Origin: a virus
Taxonomy: Duplodnaviria; Caudoviricetes
IMG/VR virus record: IMGVR_UViG_3300032234_000388
Coordinates: 32,001 to 96,000 of that record
Length of the DNA stretch: 64,000 bases
Strand: one strand, 5' to 3'
Part shown: piece after piece, positions 26,835-36,576 of the stretch
Layout of the letters: each line of letters opens with the position of its first letter
Position numbering within the stretch: position 1 is the stretch's first letter
Translations under genes and position numbers: made by a program
Notes under the pieces: model-generated
What the model was told of the DNA's origin: nothing
Database searches by the model: none
The model's input: the letters and a program-made list of their open reading frames with translations, nothing else

Positions 26835-27611
26835 ATGTATAATTTTTTGTGTGTGGGAGGCGACAAATACGGATGTCTTCAATTTACTGAAGGCAGTAAT
26901 GGAAAAATTGTCACGGTAGATGAAGCACTAGAGTCTGATACATCTATTCCGCTGTGCTGGGCTGGTTCATATAAAGAACTCTTGTATCATCATTGTCTGG
27001 AGAAAAAGAGAATATTTTATAATTTAGATACAGGATACTTTGGAAATACAAAAAGAAAAGACATTATTAGAGTAAGTATTAATGGTTTTCAAAACTGTGA
27101 TCCTATAAAACCAAGGCCTAATGATCGTTGGACCAATTTAAATATTTCAACTGTTTCTATATCAAGAGGTTCGTCAATAGTTGTGGTTCCGCCTGATCCA
27201 AAAAAAATGAAAGCATTAAGACTTGGCACAGAAGATGAGTGGGTGAGTGCGACAATATCCGACATTAAAAAGTATACCGATAGGCCGATACGTGTTAGAT
27301 ATAGACCTTTAAGCAGAAGCGATAGGATGGGGAGCGATTCATTTTTAAATTATATCAACGATACTTGGTGTGTTATTGGACATTCGTCTAACGCCCTATT
27401 AGAAGCAGCAATGGTTGATATCCCTGTTATTAGTTTAGGACATTCTTCCACTAAAAGTCTTTACACAACTTCACTGAGTGATATAGAATTAATTACCCCT
27501 GCAGATCAAGAATTAAAACAGGCCTGGTTAAATCATCTATCGTATTGTCAATTTACTAAAGATGAATTAGCATCTGGTGTGGCCTGGAATTTACTTTTAA
27601 CCGAATCGTGA
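26835..27611 (+). CDS. KpsS/KpsC-like GT-B protein
   Basis: DTGYFG, YTDRPI, SSNALLEAAM, LSYCQFTKDELASG. Confidence 0.65.
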   Translation: MYNFLCVGGDKYGCLQFTEGSNGKIVTVDEALESDTSIPLCWAGSYKELLYHHCLEKKRIFYNLDTGYFGNTKRKDIIRVSINGFQNCDPIKPRPNDRWTNLNISTVSISRGSSIVVVPPDPKKMKALRLGTEDEWVSATISDIKKYTDRPIRVRYRPLSRSDRMGSDSFLNYINDTWCVIGHSSNALLEAAMVDIPVISLGHSSTKSLYTTSLSDIELITPADQELKQAWLNHLSYCQFTKDELASGVAWNLLLTES

Positions 27612-28304
27612 TGCATACGGTCCTGGCCCAAGATACCTACCAAACTGTTTAGAATCCGCAGGCTTGTTATGCCCAGATTTTGGAGCCCATAAAAATACTC
27701 TTTTACTTTTGGTAAAAATAGTTTCATAGTTTAGATTTTGCATAAATTCGCAACAGACATCTATGTCTTGATTTACTTCAAATATAACCCACGGCTGTTG
27801 TTGTTTGATAAGTTGTTCAGCTCCTCGCAACACTTCTAGTTCCCAACCTTGAACATCAATTTTTATAAGATCAACATTAGTCAGCTGCTCATCATCTAAT
27901 CGAACCACTGGGACTGTATATGCAGATTTAACTCCTGGTCTACATAGCTTGCCGTCACCGCAGTTTTTTCCGGCCTGATGAAAATCGGCCTCACCTTGAA
28001 AGTCAGCTACTGCTTTAGTTCTAATTTCAATACCGTCTGCTACATTGGCCTGCAAACATTCAATATTTTGTTTAGATGGCTCATAACCAATAATCTTTGA
28101 AAATTTTCCAATCATAGGAAAACACCATATGCCAACGTTTGCTCCTACATCAATAAAAGTTCTTTTATTAGGTAAATGTTCTAAAATTTGTTCTCGATAT
28201 TTTCCTTCATACGAAGGAGCAGATTTATCACTGTCATTTTCTAATACTCTAGTTATTTTTTGGTCGTCGTCGGGAACATACCACCCGTTGTGCATTAATT
28301 TCAT
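27597..28304 (-). CDS. FkbM family methyltransferase
   Basis: DVGANVG, YEP, RLDD, KIDVQGWELEVLRG. Confidence 0.9.
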   Translation of the reverse strand: MKLMHNGWYVPDDDQKITRVLENDSDKSAPSYEGKYREQILEHLPNKRTFIDVGANVGIWCFPMIGKFSKIIGYEPSKQNIECLQANVADGIEIRTKAVADFQGEADFHQAGKNCGDGKLCRPGVKSAYTVPVVRLDDEQLTNVDLIKIDVQGWELEVLRGAEQLIKQQQPWVIFEVNQDIDVCCEFMQNLNYETIFTKSKRVFLWAPKSGHNKPADSKQFGRYLGPGPYASRFG

Positions 28305-29224
28305 ATATACCTTTTAAAAAACTGCCAAGCGGCGCTTGACTTTAACTCATCAAAATTCCAATGACACATTGACAATCTTTCTATCCATGTCTGCCTATCG
28401 ATCATCACTGGGTCTTCTATTCTACTTATATCAGTGTTAGCCACCGCAAAACTTTGGCTGCACTGAGGTTGGGGATCTGTAAGAAACGCAGGAATTCCTT
28501 CTATAATACTGGCCACACTAGGACTACTATTATAGACCACAGTAGCCCAGGCATTTTGTAAATCTTCTCTAAGATCAGCTTTAGTACTAAGTGATACTGA
28601 TTTGTGATTTATTTTGAGATAACCGCCAATTTTTTTATCTCCAGGGTGTGCTCTAACTACAATTGGACGCTTGCTATATTTTCTTATCTCTAAAATGGTT
28701 GAATTCATCCATTGTATTACATCTAATCCTCGCATGCTCCAACCGCCATTTCTCTGCAGGCAAATTAAAATATGATTACCTTGGGTTCTCCAAGGTTTCA
28801 ACTCTATTCCCAAATCTCTACTAATTTGTCGCCAACGATTAGGATCTATGTCCTGATCAAAATAAAATCCTGTGGTAGGAAATACTCCGTCAAAACTATA
28901 TCTTAGATAATGTAGAGGGTTTAACTTATTTGAGTACAAAAATAAACTACTATCTACTATTAAAGATCTACGTTGATTTTGTTTTTGTAATGCTACTGCA
29001 TTTTGTCGTAGTTGTAGATGCGGCGCAGACTTTCCATGCTCATGTACAAATCCTTGTATTAATGCTACATCACAGGGTAGAGCATTGAGGCCTCGATGAG
29101 CAATAGCAGAATCTCCTGCCGCAATAACGCCTTGGCAAAAATAATCTAAAATTTGAGGTTTTTCTAAGTTTCGATTATTAGGAGGAATTCCGGCATAATA
29201 GGCCACTGCAGTTAATTTAGACAT
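28301..29224 (-). CDS. KpsS/KpsC-like GT-B protein
   Basis: VRAHP, NSSPSVASIIEGIP, HWNFDELKS. Confidence 0.65.
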   Translation of the reverse strand: MSKLTAVAYYAGIPPNNRNLEKPQILDYFCQGVIAAGDSAIAHRGLNALPCDVALIQGFVHEHGKSAPHLQLRQNAVALQKQNQRRSLIVDSSLFLYSNKLNPLHYLRYSFDGVFPTTGFYFDQDIDPNRWRQISRDLGIELKPWRTQGNHILICLQRNGGWSMRGLDVIQWMNSTILEIRKYSKRPIVVRAHPGDKKIGGYLKINHKSVSLSTKADLREDLQNAWATVVYNSSPSVASIIEGIPAFLTDPQPQCSQSFAVANTDISRIEDPVMIDRQTWIERLSMCHWNFDELKSSAAWQFFKRYI

Positions 29225-30314
29225 TGTGATATTTCCTAATAATGTCTAACGCGGTACCGTCTACTAGTTCGTCATAGGTAAACTGACAGTAACTAAGCCA
29301 GGCTAACCAGTCGCCCACCGGGCCATAATACAAATCATTAATTTGTGAAAGACTATTTCTAGTGACTGAGTTGCTAACATGTTTATCGAGAGTGATTGCA
29401 GGAATTCCGGCCCATATAGATTCTACAGCACTGTTAGAATTAATACTAATAGTGCAGTAATAATCGCCGTCGATTAGAGTTTGATAAAGGCTAGTTCTAG
29501 TCTTCTTGTTAATTTTTGATCGTACTTCAACAGGTCTGTCTGTATATTTTTTTAATTCGTTTATAACCTGCTCAGTCCAAGATTTTGCATCTACGTGCAT
29601 GATACTAGCAGCAAAGGGTCCAGGCTCAACAATTAATATTTTTTTGCCATCATTGCGCCAAGGCCTTGGAAAATTTGTGAAGTTTTTTAATCTATCTGCG
29701 GGAGCCACGAAAGGTGCATTAAAGTGTAAGTGATTTCGAGTAAGTCTATGCCACTTTTTATTAGACTCAATAAAATTAGTATATCCGCTGTCTATAAACC
29801 AAAAAGGAAAATTATTATCAATTTTATTAACTATAATATTTTCATTGCCTACTGTATTTCTTAAAAGACAGTCTTCTTGAACATTATTAAAATGTTTTCG
29901 TCGTACTAACTCTCCGTTAGGATCCAAATTTAGTCCTACAGACTTAATAAATCCAACTACTTTACTTTCTTTGTAAAAATCAATTACTGTCTGTTCTCCT
30001 AACTTGTTTAAAAAATAGTTAGTGTGATCGTTAATATTTGTATAATAATTTTTTCTATACAGACTAATAACTTCGTTAACTTCTTTAACGTATGTTTCTA
30101 AATCTTTTCGAATTGCTACATGAAGTTTTTCTTTGAACTTTAATTTAAATTTGGGAATATTAAGACCGCCTTCGCGTCCTTTTTTTTCTAGTATCCAATT
30201 AATAATAGGTTCTAAGTATGTATTTTTTATCTCTACAGAACTAACTTCATTGCGCACATCTATTAGACTGGTTAGATAATTAGCTATTTCCTTATCGTTA
30301 AGTAGAAGTTTCAT
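29217..30314 (-). CDS. KpsS/KpsC-like GT-B protein with N-terminal extension
   Basis: DSGY, YTDRPV, NSNSAVESIWAGIP, LSYCQFTYDELVDG. Confidence 0.65.
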   Translation of the reverse strand: MKLLLNDKEIANYLTSLIDVRNEVSSVEIKNTYLEPIINWILEKKGREGGLNIPKFKLKFKEKLHVAIRKDLETYVKEVNEVISLYRKNYYTNINDHTNYFLNKLGEQTVIDFYKESKVVGFIKSVGLNLDPNGELVRRKHFNNVQEDCLLRNTVGNENIIVNKIDNNFPFWFIDSGYTNFIESNKKWHRLTRNHLHFNAPFVAPADRLKNFTNFPRPWRNDGKKILIVEPGPFAASIMHVDAKSWTEQVINELKKYTDRPVEVRSKINKKTRTSLYQTLIDGDYYCTISINSNSAVESIWAGIPAITLDKHVSNSVTRNSLSQINDLYYGPVGDWLAWLSYCQFTYDELVDGTALDIIRKYHNV

Positions 30315-31057
30315 TGATTAAGTAATCTCCATGCAGTGCCGTTGGCTATTTCTTCACCGGTAAATTGTCCGTATGCCAAAGCAGCACAGTGCTGCGCAAC
30401 CAATGCAGAATCTGGATACCAGGGTGTAGAGATCTTTGAAAGATCGGTCAACGCCAGTGGAGACGCTGCACACGGCACAGTCACAAACGCCGGGACTCCG
30501 TAGGCAATAGATTCCATGGCAGCAATACTATTAAACGCTACGGTAGCAAATATTCCTGTATCCAATACATCGTATATACTGTTTGTGTGTCTAGCGGATC
30601 TTGACCCCTTATGCTTTATAATAACTGGCATATCTGTATATTTTTTAATTTCTGCTGTTGTTGTGTCCAACCATTGCTGCATATCGTATCCAAAATAATG
30701 GCAAGATTTAGGATTAGATACTACTAACAGAATCTTATCCCCTCCTGTTTTCCACCCAGGCCAGCGCAATCTTTTATCGCCTTTAACTAATGCTTCCCAC
30801 CTATCTGCCGGCTTTGATTGTATTATAGATTTTTGTAATTCGTTTTTAACTACTCTATGATAAATTTTTCGGCCACCGGGATTTCCTTCACTGACAAAAT
30901 TTCCAAAATACCCAGTATCCATGTAATAAAAATCTTCACCCCTGTTAATGCAAGCGTGAATATGTTTTCTACTGGTGATTCCTCTAAAAATAGGAGGGGC
31001 GTCCCCTGGTATAGTTTTACGAAAAATACCTTCCCATGAGCAATCTTCATCTTGCAT
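30311..31057 (-). CDS. KpsS/KpsC-like GT-B protein
   Basis: DTGYFGN, NSIAAMESIAYGVP, LAYGQFTGEEIANG. Confidence 0.65.
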   Translation of the reverse strand: MQDEDCSWEGIFRKTIPGDAPPIFRGITSRKHIHACINRGEDFYYMDTGYFGNFVSEGNPGGRKIYHRVVKNELQKSIIQSKPADRWEALVKGDKRLRWPGWKTGGDKILLVVSNPKSCHYFGYDMQQWLDTTTAEIKKYTDMPVIIKHKGSRSARHTNSIYDVLDTGIFATVAFNSIAAMESIAYGVPAFVTVPCAASPLALTDLSKISTPWYPDSALVAQHCAALAYGQFTGEEIANGTAWRLLNQ

Positions 31058-31844
31058 TTAATAAAATCTCCATGGCTTTGCCATTGCGTAATTCACTATT
31101 ATGAAACTGTCCGTACGACAGGTGACAGCCCCATGCATATAATTTATCCGAGTCTGGATAATAGGGTTCGTTAATTTTTGATAAATCCTGTAGACTTACA
31201 GGACTAGCAGCATTTGATGGAGCTAAAGTAAATGCTGGAATTCCATGAAATATTGATTCTGTGGCTGCTACACTGTTAAATGTCACTAATGCAAACACAT
31301 CATCGTCCAGTGCTTGTTGCAGAGTATCGTGTACAGTTCTATCTATTCGTTTGGCCGCACGATCTCTTATTTCTACGGGTCGATCTGTGTATTTTTTAAT
31401 TTCGTTCACTGTGTAGTCTAACCAAATGTCAAGATCGTATCCGTAAAATCTCATAGGTTTTTCGTCGGGTTTGGCTATAAGAATTTTTCTTCCGTTTTTC
31501 TTCCAAGGCTGAAATTGTTTTTTAAAATTTTTAAATCGATCATCTTTTCTAGGAATTATTTCGCCGTGCTGTAGATCATTTTTTACAATTCGATGCCAAA
31601 ATTTCCACCCGTTAGGATTTGTTGAAGTTCTTTCATTACCAAAATAACCAGTATCTACATAATAGAAATCTCTTTGATCTTCCCAACATTTATGAATAAT
31701 TTTCTTTTTAAGTATTCCTCTCATTACAATAGGATCTGTGCTGGAGTCGTAGACAAAGTTTTCAGTGTTAGTAATTTTGCCTTTAGAGCCGGCAGCCAAC
31801 ATATTGATATACTCGTCTTGTCCGTCTTTACTTAGGAAGATCAT
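31047..31844 (-). CDS. KpsS/KpsC-like GT-B protein
   Basis: DTGYFGN, NSVAATESIFHGIP, LSYGQFHNSELRNG; probable start ATG 31844. Confidence 0.65.
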   Translation of the reverse strand: MIFLSKDGQDEYINMLAAGSKGKITNTENFVYDSSTDPIVMRGILKKKIIHKCWEDQRDFYYVDTGYFGNERTSTNPNGWKFWHRIVKNDLQHGEIIPRKDDRFKNFKKQFQPWKKNGRKILIAKPDEKPMRFYGYDLDIWLDYTVNEIKKYTDRPVEIRDRAAKRIDRTVHDTLQQALDDDVFALVTFNSVAATESIFHGIPAFTLAPSNAASPVSLQDLSKINEPYYPDSDKLYAWGCHLSYGQFHNSELRNGKAMEILLNAR

Positions 31845-32511
31845 GTTGTAGACAATATTCTGTGTAGATTCGTTCACGATGCCATTCATCACCCATTGGA
31901 GTCGTGGCAAATTCATGAAAGCTAGGAGTACCTAACGTGTAGTGTAATAATTTAGCATCAAGATTAGTACCAAACTCATCAGGCAACCAATTCCATTCAA
32001 TAGGTAAATCGCCGATTAATGAATCATCTAACCAACTAAATCTGTGCACCTGTGCACCTGTAGCGTTTTGTACAAACTCAGGAGTTACAACAGTGTTTGC
32101 AGGATGACCGCAATTCCAAAGAATAACAGAGCTCCAGTTTTTACGAGGATAATTTTCATTCTTTGAACCAAGATATTTCTCAGTCATTTTAGTTTTATAA
32201 TCATGCTTGACTACCATAACTGCTTTAGTTTCGTCACGTAGTGCCCATAGCTTTTCGATATCATCACGTAGCAACATATCGCCATCCATAAAAATTGCCC
32301 AACCCTTATATTCCATTAGATGGGGTACAAGAAATCTACTATAAATGAAATGATTACTACCGTCAGTATGATGTTCTTTATAATCTTTCATTATGTTTAA
32401 TGCCAACGGATTTAAACTGACCGGTTGACTTGAATGTCTAATAATACTGTTTGTACATACATGATATGCTATGGCTTCTCTTGGGTCAAAGCCTATAAAA
32501 ATTGGAATCAT
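31828..32511 (-). CDS. GT8-like glycosyltransferase
   Basis: FIGFDPRE, SRFLVP, FMDGDM, KNWSSV, EWNWL, HYTLGTP. Confidence 0.85.
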   Translation of the reverse strand: MIPIFIGFDPREAIAYHVCTNSIIRHSSQPVSLNPLALNIMKDYKEHHTDGSNHFIYSRFLVPHLMEYKGWAIFMDGDMLLRDDIEKLWALRDETKAVMVVKHDYKTKMTEKYLGSKNENYPRKNWSSVILWNCGHPANTVVTPEFVQNATGAQVHRFSWLDDSLIGDLPIEWNWLPDEFGTNLDAKLLHYTLGTPSFHEFATTPMGDEWHRERIYTEYCLQHDLPK

Positions 32512-33269
32512 CGTCTTTCAATGTCCTCTTCAATACACTGTTCTCCGTACTGTATCTCTACAATCTTTAAAGGATTATCATAAGGGTTTGTAAGTTGATG
32601 CCATTCTTGTTTAACAACATGCAATTGATCATGTTTATCTAATTCTGCAGATGGTAGTTGGTAATCTAATGGAGTAGCTCGATTAACCACTGCCTGCCCG
32701 TCGCTGACTATCCAGTATTCTGACCGCAACCTATGTTTTTGCATTGACAAACTTTGGCCAGGATTAACTGTAAGCTCTTTAACTTTCATTCCGGGAACTT
32801 CGTGTAAAACTCGATAATATCCCCATGGTCGTTCAGTTTTAGGTGCTTTCCATTCTTGTAGTATCCACGAACTAGAATTAGCTTTATTGAATCCGCCAAC
32901 ACCAAATACAAATTTTAGATTGTCGTCTACCAGATCCATTTCTGGAATATTGTCGTTAGTTCTATCACCACCATTGGCAAATATAATTTGATCAGCTGGA
33001 TAACGTTGTCTAATTATTTGAATAGCATGTTTGGCTGACCCATCGCTGTCGTTAAAGTCGATGACACTATCTACGCCAACAATATTACGTACAATTTCTG
33101 CACGTTCAGCAAAAGGCATAAACGGTGCACCCTTTTTACGAGTAAGCCATGCGTCGGAGTTGACTCCTACTATTAAAATATCGCCTAGCTGTTTTGCAGC
33201 TTTAAAATAGGCGATGTGCCCAGAATGGAGCGGATCGAATCCGCCAGTAATCAGTACAATACGTTTCAT
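32508..33269 (-). CDS. cytidylyltransferase fused to a mannose-6-P-isomerase-like cupin
   Basis: GGFDPLHSGH, NGGDR; RPWG..LSMQKH..SEYW..EIQYG. Confidence 0.88.
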   Translation of the reverse strand: MKRIVLITGGFDPLHSGHIAYFKAAKQLGDILIVGVNSDAWLTRKKGAPFMPFAERAEIVRNIVGVDSVIDFNDSDGSAKHAIQIIRQRYPADQIIFANGGDRTNDNIPEMDLVDDNLKFVFGVGGFNKANSSSWILQEWKAPKTERPWGYYRVLHEVPGMKVKELTVNPGQSLSMQKHRLRSEYWIVSDGQAVVNRATPLDYQLPSAELDKHDQLHVVKQEWHQLTNPYDNPLKIVEIQYGEQCIEEDIERR

Positions 33270-33277
33270 ACAGCTAT

Positions 33278-34006
33278 TTATCTGCGTATATTACTGTGCT
33301 GTTTGTTTAGAGTTTTTAAAAATTCTTGAACAGTTATTTTAGGAACGAATCCTAACGATTTTAAAATTGTTAAATCAGCCAATGTTTTTTTACGCTCAAA
33401 CTTCGTATTATTATTCAAAGGTAAATCTGGTTTAATATCTTTTATTGTTATTGACTGCCCAGATCCAATATCAACAGGGCCGGTAATAGTTGAATGTATT
33501 AGTAGGTTGATTGCTTCACATACGTCACTGATGTGTACAAAATCTCTTTCGTGATCGGTTACATAGGTTAATGTATTATTAATTAACTTATGAAAAAACA
33601 TTCCGTTTCTAGGAGTTGGGCCATATACTGTGTGAAGCCTCATAAAACATACATTACTGTGAGGTATTTTTTCAATAACGTGCTTGGTAGCAGCGTAAGG
33701 ATTTAAATGAGGTTCGTATTGCGAACTTGAACTGGCTACAAGGACTCTGTTATTTTTATAAAAATCTAATACCCGGGCCGTTCCTTCTACATTATTTTTC
33801 CAATACTTAGCAGGATCGTTTATGCTTTCTCGAACACCACCAATACCAGCTAAATGTATTACTATATCACATTTTGGAAAATCACAGTCAAGGATGTCTT
33901 GAGAAGATTTTAAATCAATTCCTATTACAGTATGATCTAATTCTTCTAAATATTTTTTAAGATTACTGCCAATAAATCCTTGATCACCTGTGATCAAAAT
34001 AATCAT
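33278..34006 (-). CDS. NAD-dependent epimerase/dehydratase
   Basis: TGDQGFIGS, HLAG, YAATK, RDFVH. Confidence 0.9.
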   Translation of the reverse strand: MIILITGDQGFIGSNLKKYLEELDHTVIGIDLKSSQDILDCDFPKCDIVIHLAGIGGVRESINDPAKYWKNNVEGTARVLDFYKNNRVLVASSSSQYEPHLNPYAATKHVIEKIPHSNVCFMRLHTVYGPTPRNGMFFHKLINNTLTYVTDHERDFVHISDVCEAINLLIHSTITGPVDIGSGQSITIKDIKPDLPLNNNTKFERKKTLADLTILKSLGFVPKITVQEFLKTLNKQHSNIRR

Positions 34007-34458
34007 AATGTTGCGTCTTCTAATCCTGCAGTTCTAAGTTTGACAATATTTGATACTTGCCATTGCTTAATATCTAAGGCTTTGATAATGCCTAACCACT
34101 TGTTTCTTAACAGAGCAAAATCGTTGATGATCTTTTCAAAGTCTACAACATCAGCTTCGCCCTCTACAAACTTTTCACAGTCTCTAGAGGACAAGCTGCG
34201 TTGATAGTTTTCAAGATACTTGCGAAAATGCTGACTACGAAGTCTACGAAGTTCGATATTTAAGTATTCAAGGATACCTTCAATTTCTTGAAGTTGATTA
34301 AACCGTTCTTCAACAATGCCAGGCATGTTTGACGAGATTTTTTCAAGACTTCCTGACACTTTACAATCTATTTTAGCTGCTAACAACTCAGCTTCATAAT
34401 AAGCCACTGCATCAGGAATATTTGAAATATCTTTTGAAACTTTATCGTACCAGTTCAC
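34003..34458 (-). CDS. uvsY: UvsY-like recombination mediator
   Basis: helical, C-terminal NIVKLRTAGLED; next to uvsX. Confidence 0.75.
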   Translation of the reverse strand: MNWYDKVSKDISNIPDAVAYYEAELLAAKIDCKVSGSLEKISSNMPGIVEERFNQLQEIEGILEYLNIELRRLRSQHFRKYLENYQRSLSSRDCEKFVEGEADVVDFEKIINDFALLRNKWLGIIKALDIKQWQVSNIVKLRTAGLEDATL

Positions 34459-34701
34459 TTAGTCCTCGTAGTCGTCGTTGTAATCACTTTCATCATCTTC
34501 CTCAATTTCCTCACCATCAATAGCATACTCGATAGCTTGGTCTAGATAAGGATCTACTCCTTGCAGACTTTCTAGTACTGAATCCTTAACACCATAGTCT
34601 AGTAGTGTATTAACATAGTCTGCGGCAACATCTTTACGATGTTTTTCTGGAATGTGTTCAATGATTACAGTCCATAAGTCAGCAATTAAATCTTCTTTCA
34701 T
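34459..34701 (-). CDS. acidic hypothetical protein
   Basis: coupled ORF between uvsX and uvsY. Confidence 0.7.
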   Translation of the reverse strand: MKEDLIADLWTVIIEHIPEKHRKDVAADYVNTLLDYGVKDSVLESLQGVDPYLDQAIEYAIDGEEIEEDDESDYNDDYED

Positions 34702-35777
34702 TCTGCGCTCTCCGTTTCAGGTTCAACATTATTAGTTATCTCTGAATCAGTAGTTTCACCGTGTTTTGCAATATCTTGCATTACAAGATCGAGCCCGTCT
34801 TTTTCATTACGTTCCCATGCCTTACGGAACTGTTTGATGATTTCGCCGTCTTTGGTCACGTATACAAGGCTGTTACCTTCTTTCTTGAGCATGCCTTTAG
34901 CTTCAAACAGGTCGACTAATCCACTATATGGACTCATACCTGTTTCATAAGGAATCTCAACCTGTACACTTTCAAACGGTTTAGCATAACGTGTTTTCAT
35001 AATTTTACAAGCTGCACGAATACCTTGTACAGTTGAGGTCTTGTTGCCGTCTGCATCAAGTTTTAATTTCAATTTACGCATAGCAACTACAATAGAGCTA
35101 GCGTAGATGAAACCTTGACCGCCGCTGATCTTGTCATCAGGATCAAACATGTCTTGGCTTGCGTATGTATGATTAGTTGCTACTAATCCAATACCTAATG
35201 AACCAAACATATTCACACAATTTCGAACCAGTGCTGTTAATGCTTTGGGCTTACGGCCCATGTCGCCTTTCAAATCACCTGCCTGGAACTGATTAACGTC
35301 TGTAGGTGTTAACAACATACCTAACGAATCAATAACAAACAATACTTTAGGACGTTCGTCTTCGGGCATTGTCTTGTATTCTGCAACAAACTCTGTAATA
35401 GTCTTTGCTACGTCGTCAATCATAGCCATGTTAAGTTTTAACAACTTATCCGGACTTGTGTCGACATCAAGTGCGTGTAGCCATTTTTCGTCGAGTGCGT
35501 TTTCTGTATCAATTAAAATTGGAAAGATTCCTGCTCGTTGTGCGTTTGCTACTAGATTACCTGAACAGATAAACGATTTACCTGCACCAGATTCTCCTGC
35601 AAATACTGTCACTTTACCTAGCGGAATACCACGATTAAAATCGCCGCTAATCAAATAGTTTAGTGCATAATTGTTGGTGCTGACCCAATCAGTTGGGTCG
35701 TTGAATCCAATACTTAATCCATCGATGGACTTAGTAATAGACTTTCTAAATTTCGATATATCGAATGCTTTTGTCAT
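34698..35777 (-). CDS. uvsX: UvsX/RecA-like recombinase
   Basis: GESGAGKS, DTENA, IDSLG, NHTY, SGGQG, KTR. Confidence 0.93.
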   Translation of the reverse strand: MTKAFDISKFRKSITKSIDGLSIGFNDPTDWVSTNNYALNYLISGDFNRGIPLGKVTVFAGESGAGKSFICSGNLVANAQRAGIFPILIDTENALDEKWLHALDVDTSPDKLLKLNMAMIDDVAKTITEFVAEYKTMPEDERPKVLFVIDSLGMLLTPTDVNQFQAGDLKGDMGRKPKALTALVRNCVNMFGSLGIGLVATNHTYASQDMFDPDDKISGGQGFIYASSIVVAMRKLKLKLDADGNKTSTVQGIRAACKIMKTRYAKPFESVQVEIPYETGMSPYSGLVDLFEAKGMLKKEGNSLVYVTKDGEIIKQFRKAWERNEKDGLDLVMQDIAKHGETTDSEITNNVEPETESAE

Positions 35778-35792
35778 GTTGTTTGCCTTTTA

Positions 35793-36539
35793 TTAATTTT
35801 TAGTCCAAAAACGAAACGGACACTTCTTTCTAAATAATTTTGATCTATATAAATTTATCATAGATTGTGCAGCTCTGTAATTTTCTTCGAGACTGTTTTT
35901 TGGTACAAAGAACTTTAATCTCGAACATGCTTTTTCTAATGACTCTATAGTGTCGTCTTGTTCGACTCTAATCAAATTAATCTTCTTGTTTGACTTTAAT
36001 CTAACATAAAACAACGGGTCACCTCTTGCTATTGACATAACTTCTAAATCATTCACAACTTCAAACGCAGGAGACACTGGACGTATCCATTTTGAGATAT
36101 CAAACTCCCCCGGTATTAAGTTAGTGTTTCTAATAAAGTTTGTTTTTTCCATATTAGCAGGAAGCATTTCTAGCATGACAGAATTTTTGCTGTAAAAAAT
36201 ATATGAAAATTCTAAACTAAACATTGAGAACGCAGTATTCTGTGCTAGTCTTGGAAAAATATGATCATTGTAAAATTTATGATTAAAGTTATTAGTTATT
36301 AATATTTTTCTTCCATCACTGTCTTTTTCAATTTTTAATTCCAAGTCTACCGGACTTCTTATTACAAACGTGTTTGCATAGTATTGCTGAAAGGCTGGAC
36401 ATTTTAAATATTCAACATCAGTATTACGTTGCGAAACTAGATATTTTATAATCGGTTCTGGTTCAAAATACCCAACATTGTGCCAATCCCCATTGAGCAA
36501 AAATGGGCACCAGTAAATATTTTCTTGTTTATTCAGCAT
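35793..36539 (-). CDS. hypothetical protein (KCPAF...KCPF type)
   Basis: 248-aa AT-rich ORF between gp32 and uvsX. Confidence 0.7.
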   Translation of the reverse strand: MLNKQENIYWCPFLLNGDWHNVGYFEPEPIIKYLVSQRNTDVEYLKCPAFQQYYANTFVIRSPVDLELKIEKDSDGRKILITNNFNHKFYNDHIFPRLAQNTAFSMFSLEFSYIFYSKNSVMLEMLPANMEKTNFIRNTNLIPGEFDISKWIRPVSPAFEVVNDLEVMSIARGDPLFYVRLKSNKKINLIRVEQDDTIESLEKACSRLKFFVPKNSLEENYRAAQSMINLYRSKLFRKKCPFRFWTKN

Positions 36540-36546
36540 AGAAAAA

Positions 36547-36569
36547 TGTGGGGGAATTATTCCCCCACA
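36547..36569 (-). terminator. intrinsic terminator after gp32
   Basis: TGTGGGGGAA/TTCCCCCACA stem, T-run on - strand. Confidence 0.85.
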
Positions 36570-36576
36570 ATCACTT

